From: Mariprofundaceae bacterium
GTDB lineage: Bacteria > Pseudomonadota > Zetaproteobacteria > Mariprofundales > Mariprofundaceae
Direction of reading: 5' to 3'
NCBI GenBank assembly: GCA_030950745.1
Contig: JAUZQZ010000024.1
Coordinates: 1-59,505, forward strand
Length of the DNA stretch: 59,505 nucleotides
Within the stretch, counting starts at the first letter, position 1, and every line of letters starts with the position of its first letter. Positions 55,349-59,505 of this stretch are shown here, one piece after another. The notes beneath the pieces are model-generated. The model saw only the letters and a list, made by a program, of their open reading frames with translations. It did not search any database and was not told the origin of the DNA. The translations under genes and the position numbers were made by a program.

Positions 55349-55767
55349 TACCGGCCTCCTTCTCTAATAGTATTTTTCATTCCTTCCAGGCGTCCCTTGA
55401 GCAGACGGATGGTAAGCTCATGCATCAATTGATTTTCTGCCATACCGGTCATTTCTTTTTGCATGTCCACAGTGTTCCCATCCATACGTTGTGTAGTGTC
55501 GGAGCGTTTGAACACGGCCTGTTGTAAAGAAGGTGAATTATTTATGGACATGTGTCCCGGTTGCGTACGGGCCAGACCGTCGCGCCCCTGATTTTGTTGT
55601 CCGGCGGTCAGGAAATCTGCAAAACTGCGTTGGTCCGCGCGGTAATTGGGTGTATCAGCATTGGCAATATTGGCTGAATACACGCTTTGCATGCGTTCCC
55701 GGGCCGAGAGGGCAGTCTCCAGTTTCAGGAAGCCTTTACCGAACAGACTTGTGGATATCTCACTCAT
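55348..55767 (-). CDS. flgB: Flagellar proximal rod protein FlgB
   Basis: SANIANADTPNYRA motif. ATG 55767 is preceded by GGGGGA. The longest ORF begins at TTG 55788. Confidence 0.9.
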   Translation of the reverse strand: MSEISTSLFGKGFLKLETALSARERMQSVYSANIANADTPNYRADQRSFADFLTAGQQNQGRDGLARTQPGHMSINNSPSLQQAVFKRSDTTQRMDGNTVDMQKEMTGMAENQLMHELTIRLLKGRLEGMKNTIREGGR

Positions 55768-55775
55768 GTTTCCCC

Positions 55776-57206
55776 CTATCTCTGACAAACATCCATCACA
55801 CCTGATGGATTGCCTGGTGGGCTGGATATGTTGCCCACGGATGTATCAGCAAGCGCCGTGCCAGACTGATGTGCATTGACTGCTGCCATGTCGTTCAGTT
55901 TATTGCGTAGCGTGCGGATACTGATGCCGAGCAGTTTGGCGGCCTCGGAACGGTTTCCCTGCACGTGTTTGACAGTTTCCTGAATCAGAGCGCGTTCCAT
56001 GTCTCGGATACTCATTCCGGCTGCGATAGCATGTGAGCCGGATGCAGACGTTGTCTCCGCAGGTGTTTGTGCCTCCAGCCCCAGATGTTCTTCGTCGATT
56101 TTTCCTTCGGAACCCATCAGAAATGCCCGGTGCATGCAATTTTCCAGTTCGCGCACATTGCCCGGCCAGCTGTATTCACAAAGCTTGCACAAGGCTTGTC
56201 GGGTGATAACAGGCGCGGGTTTGCCATACATGGCACTAAAATGTTCGAGGAAGTGATGTGTCAGCGGTTCAATATCGCCGGGGCGATGACGCAGGCAGGG
56301 TAATTGTACTGTAACAACATTTAACCGGTAATAGAGGTCCTGACGAAATACACCCTCAGCCACCGATTTAACGATGTCGCGATTGCTGGTGGCGATGATA
56401 CGCACATCAATTTTTATCGGAGCGCGGCCGCCCAGACGATCCACCTCACCTTCCTGCAATACGCGCAGGAGCTTGGCCTGGAGATGAAGCGGCATTTCGG
56501 TAATTTCATCCAGTAGCAGCGTACCCTGATGTGCCATTTCAAACTTGCCTGGCCGGGAGCTTGTGGCACCGGTGAACGAGCCTTTCTCATGGCCGAATAA
56601 TTCAGATTCCAGCATACCTTCGGGGATGGCTGCGCAGTTAATGGCGATAAAGGGGCGGTTATTACGATTTGAACACTGATGAATAAAGCGGGATATACGT
56701 TCTTTGCCCGTACCTGATTCTCCGATTACCAATATCGAGGCACGGCTTGGAGCGATAAGTGAAACCTGATTGAGTAATCTGCGGGTTTCCAGGTCATGCG
56801 TAACAAAGGTATCGGTATTTTCCTGTTGTTTACTCGCCTGTTTTGTCAATTCCGCCTGATGGCCTGCTTTGCGTGTATAAATAGCCAGCACTTCATCGGG
56901 ACAGGGTAAAATACGGTAATCCATTGCACCCATACGCATTAAATCCACTGCCCGCACCTGATTCCCCGATGATGCCAGCACGATAATGCTGGCCTGGGGA
57001 GATTGTTCAAAAATACGCGTAACCGTTGCTTCGGCTGTCATTGAATCCTTAACAAAGATGAGTGCATCATCCATCAGACAAGCGTTTTCCATGTTTGGAA
57101 GGGGTGTGTCAATTACTGTATCTGGCAGCACGCGGCCCAATTGGACGCGTAAATCAGCGTCTTCGTCTGCAGGAAAACCAATGAGATAAACAGGTTGGGA
57201 ACTCAT
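55776..57206 (-). CDS. Sigma-54-dependent transcriptional activator (FleQ/FlrA/FgrM-like flagellar master regulator)
   Basis: Atypical receiver-like N-domain. AAA+ core with Walker A GESGTGKE and ESELFGHEKGSFTGA (GAFTGA-type loop). Fis-type HTH EAAKLLGISIRTLRNKL. Lies directly upstream of flgB. Confidence 0.9.
   Translation of the reverse strand: MSSQPVYLIGFPADEDADLRVQLGRVLPDTVIDTPLPNMENACLMDDALIFVKDSMTAEATVTRIFEQSPQASIIVLASSGNQVRAVDLMRMGAMDYRILPCPDEVLAIYTRKAGHQAELTKQASKQQENTDTFVTHDLETRRLLNQVSLIAPSRASILVIGESGTGKERISRFIHQCSNRNNRPFIAINCAAIPEGMLESELFGHEKGSFTGATSSRPGKFEMAHQGTLLLDEITEMPLHLQAKLLRVLQEGEVDRLGGRAPIKIDVRIIATSNRDIVKSVAEGVFRQDLYYRLNVVTVQLPCLRHRPGDIEPLTHHFLEHFSAMYGKPAPVITRQALCKLCEYSWPGNVRELENCMHRAFLMGSEGKIDEEHLGLEAQTPAETTSASGSHAIAAGMSIRDMERALIQETVKHVQGNRSEAAKLLGISIRTLRNKLNDMAAVNAHQSGTALADTSVGNISSPPGNPSGVMDVCQR
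55849..55864 (-). promoter_or_regulatory. Sigma-54 promoter candidate for the flgB operon
   Basis: Minus strand CTGGCACGGCGCTTGC is a perfect TGGCAC-N5-TTGC match. Predicted TSS is about 70 nt upstream of flgB ATG 55767. Lies within the 3' end of the activator gene. Confidence 0.55.
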
Positions 57207-59188
57207 TGTTGCTCCAGTAATGCACGGGCACGTTTTTCAGCCAGTTCCAGCTTAGCCATATTGACGTGTTCACCAGCATCCTTGTCTTCAGCCAAGCGCT
57301 GTAAACGTTCCTCAGCCTGTTTCCATTTCCCATTATGATATTCGACCAATCCCATACGATATTGCCATTCGCTCAATCGCATTTTTTTCGGTACGGCAAG
57401 GTAGGTTTTTTCTGCCGCTGCAAATTCTTCCGCCTTGAACAGGGCATTGGCTTGTTTCATCAATATCCTGCCGGTCGCAGATTTATTGTATCTGGCGTAG
57501 TTCCCCCATGCTTTTGCCGCCAGATGCCAGCGAGACAGGACTTCATCAATGTGTGCCTCTGTTCGCCAGTAGGCAGCACGTGTTTCCATCGCCAGATCTT
57601 CCGGGGATACAGCATGGAGTGTTTGTGATGCGGCGCTAATTTTCCCTTCTGCCAGTTGCATGCTGGCTGCTACAAGCAGCATGTCTGGCCGGTAGAGCGT
57701 AAACTCGTGATTATCCAGCCAGTGCATTACTCTGGAGAATCCGCCGGTATCTCCCCTGTCCAGCCAGAGCTGGGTTAATTTCAGCATGACGCGTTGTCCT
57801 TCAATACTACCTTTGGTCTGCAGATAGAGCCGATTCAGCATTTCTTCAGCTGCGGGAAACTGCATCAGCATACGCATGGCATGCGCAACACCGAGTTCAA
57901 TATTGATATTGCCATACTTCTGTTCACCACTGCGGGACCGATGAGGCCTCAATTGTGGGAATCGTTTCCAAAGAACCACGGTTTGCAACCAGCTCTTTTC
58001 ATGGATTTTGATTTTGAGTCGTTGGCGTAAGAGTGCAGCACCTTTCTTGAGGGCAATAGCGGAAAAGTCCGGATCATGGCTAGCGGCGGTTCGGGCATAC
58101 AGTTCCAGCGATTTCTCAGCCGCCTTGTCCAGCTTGTCAGACAGCCTCTCCCATAATTGTGCCTGATCCAGCATGGATTCAATCTCAATGTATGATAATT
58201 GATTCCCGGCTGCCATACGTTGCAATGCGGCCAGTACGGGCTTCAGAGATTTTACATCGCTGGTTTTGATGTTTTGCAACATCATTTTGCGCATGAATGC
58301 TTTTTTGCCGACACTGCTTTCCGCTTCTGCGACCGCCAGTTTATCGTATTCGGTTACGGCTTTGGTGATGTTGCCTTTCCGGGCCAGTAAATCGGCATGA
58401 ATAAGGCGGATGGGCGGGGCAAAGGGGGTGTTGATGTACTGTTTGAAGAAGTCTTCGGCAAGTTGCATGGTTTTATCACGATGCCCCCGGGCATATAGTA
58501 AACGGATATAGATTGATTGTAGTTCCGCATCGGAAGCAATGACGCCCGGAGAAAGGTGAATAACATTTTCCATTCCTTTCAGCGCCGCATTCAGACGATG
58601 CTCAGAAAAATCTACCACTGCCAGCCATGCCAGCCCGCGCGCTTGTGCTGTTTTGTTATCCTCTTCACCCAGTGTGTATTGCAACAGATATTTACGGGCC
58701 GCATGCATACGGTTGCGCTTGATAGCAATGCGGGCTAATAATAATTGTGCTTTCCCCACTTCTTTTGCCGCCGGATGTTTTTTTATTACTTCTTCCGCAG
58801 CTCTTTTTGCTTCAGGCAGTTTTCCCTGCCGCCAATAGAGCCATGCAATTCGCCAGCGGATTGCCGCCGCTTTTTTATCCTTGGGGAATTCCTTGAGCAG
58901 ACTGGCCCATGCCCGTGTGGCATGGCTTACATCCGAATAGTCACGAAAGGATGTGCGTATTTCCTCGGCTTTGGCAATCATATCCAGAAGGTTTCGGCGA
59001 TCCCTGTTACTGATTTGGTTATTTTTTAACAAGGTATGAGCACTCTTAATGGCCAGCGCAGGGTTACCATTTTCCAGAATGGCGCGTACGCCCTCGGTAC
59101 GCTGATTGTTGGCAGCCATTGCATGCGAGGACAACATCATGATACAGACGATTCCCAGAAGATTTTTTTGAAAGTTAGACAGGCGCAT
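57203..59188 (-). CDS. Exported tetratricopeptide-repeat protein
   Basis: Signal peptide MRLSNFQKNLLGIVCIMMLSSHAMA, then many TPR-like helical pairs (A/Y/W/L periodicity). ATGA overlap with the activator gene. Confidence 0.65.
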   Translation of the reverse strand: MRLSNFQKNLLGIVCIMMLSSHAMAANNQRTEGVRAILENGNPALAIKSAHTLLKNNQISNRDRRNLLDMIAKAEEIRTSFRDYSDVSHATRAWASLLKEFPKDKKAAAIRWRIAWLYWRQGKLPEAKRAAEEVIKKHPAAKEVGKAQLLLARIAIKRNRMHAARKYLLQYTLGEEDNKTAQARGLAWLAVVDFSEHRLNAALKGMENVIHLSPGVIASDAELQSIYIRLLYARGHRDKTMQLAEDFFKQYINTPFAPPIRLIHADLLARKGNITKAVTEYDKLAVAEAESSVGKKAFMRKMMLQNIKTSDVKSLKPVLAALQRMAAGNQLSYIEIESMLDQAQLWERLSDKLDKAAEKSLELYARTAASHDPDFSAIALKKGAALLRQRLKIKIHEKSWLQTVVLWKRFPQLRPHRSRSGEQKYGNINIELGVAHAMRMLMQFPAAEEMLNRLYLQTKGSIEGQRVMLKLTQLWLDRGDTGGFSRVMHWLDNHEFTLYRPDMLLVAASMQLAEGKISAASQTLHAVSPEDLAMETRAAYWRTEAHIDEVLSRWHLAAKAWGNYARYNKSATGRILMKQANALFKAEEFAAAEKTYLAVPKKMRLSEWQYRMGLVEYHNGKWKQAEERLQRLAEDKDAGEHVNMAKLELAEKRARALLEQQ

Positions 59189-59385
59189 ATCCGCGTATTA
59201 CGCAAGACTTATGCCGAATTTAGCCCGCATAATTCACAAATGCTATCATACCATTGCTTGTGTCTTTGCCCGCAACAAATCCCTCGCCCATCAGGGGACG
59301 CTCTCTTGCGCAAGCACAATTCGCCTGATCAGTCGTCCGCATGCACAGCTACGGTTTTTCTTCTAAAGAGCCACTTGCAAAACTC

Positions 59386-59503
59386 ATGAGCGGCAATCGG
59401 CTTCCCCACTTCGGCCCATTTCCGAGCTGGAATTTCGGTCCATGGAACCACCATGCACCTCATTCCACCCCGAAAATGGACTCAAAGTGGGATTGCCGCT
59501 CAT
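59386..59503. repeat. Second palindromic element (about 118 bp) at the right window edge
   Basis: ATGAGCGGCAATC (59386-59398) and GATTGCCGCTCAT (59491-59503) are perfect inverted termini. Inner arms CCCACTT...CCCATTT / AAATGG...AAGTGGG pair imperfectly. Confidence 0.6.
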
Positions 59504-59505
59504 CC

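Noticed and set aside
1-59505. Scan for CRISPR arrays, tRNA/rRNA genes, transposase or integrase genes, and toxin-antitoxin or defence-type cassettes
   Set aside because: I saw no direct-repeat/spacer arrays, no tRNA-like cloverleaf candidates in the few intergenic gaps, and no ORF with recombinase, nuclease or defence hallmarks. The repeats found are non-autonomous palindromic elements.

Overview
This 59.5-kb window comes from a Gram-negative, LPS-producing bacterium and holds two large functional blocks, almost all on the minus strand. Nt 1-14,840 is an LPS lipid A and core locus. It contains an lptF/G-type permease, an O-antigen ligase, three GT9 heptosyltransferases including waaC and waaF, two GT2 enzymes, several methyltransferases, an lpxL-type acyltransferase, ycaR/trm112, lpxK and waaA. 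A visibly AT-rich plus-strand islet between lpxK and waaA encodes a CmaA-type cyclopropane/methyl-branch synthase and a dedicated ACP. Nt 14,934-59,188 is a nearly complete flagellar regulon. Read along the minus strand its order resembles the Bacillus fla/che operon: TPR protein, sigma-54 activator, flgBC-fliEFGHIJ, ylxF/motE-like, [insert], fliK-flgDE, motA plus two motB paralogs, fliLMNOP, [insert], fliQR-flhBAFG, small ORF, fliA, DUF2802/FliK-like/FlhB-C trio, flgFGAHIJ-flgMN-flgKL, csrA-fliW. I saw no flagellin, che genes, tRNA, rRNA or CRISPR. Two insertions interrupt otherwise conserved flagellar gene runs. One is a 1008-aa hybrid histidine kinase between fliP and fliQ. The other is a 950-aa voltage-sensor/CASTOR-POLLUX-like channel plus a small partner protein between ylxF and fliK. 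Both are bordered by copies or remnants of a palindromic MITE-like repeat family that has at least six copies or fragments in the window, and each is followed by a sigma-54-type promoter-like motif whose predicted start site falls on, or 1 nt before, the next start codon. All functional calls rest on reading motifs in the translations and on synteny. No database search was run.
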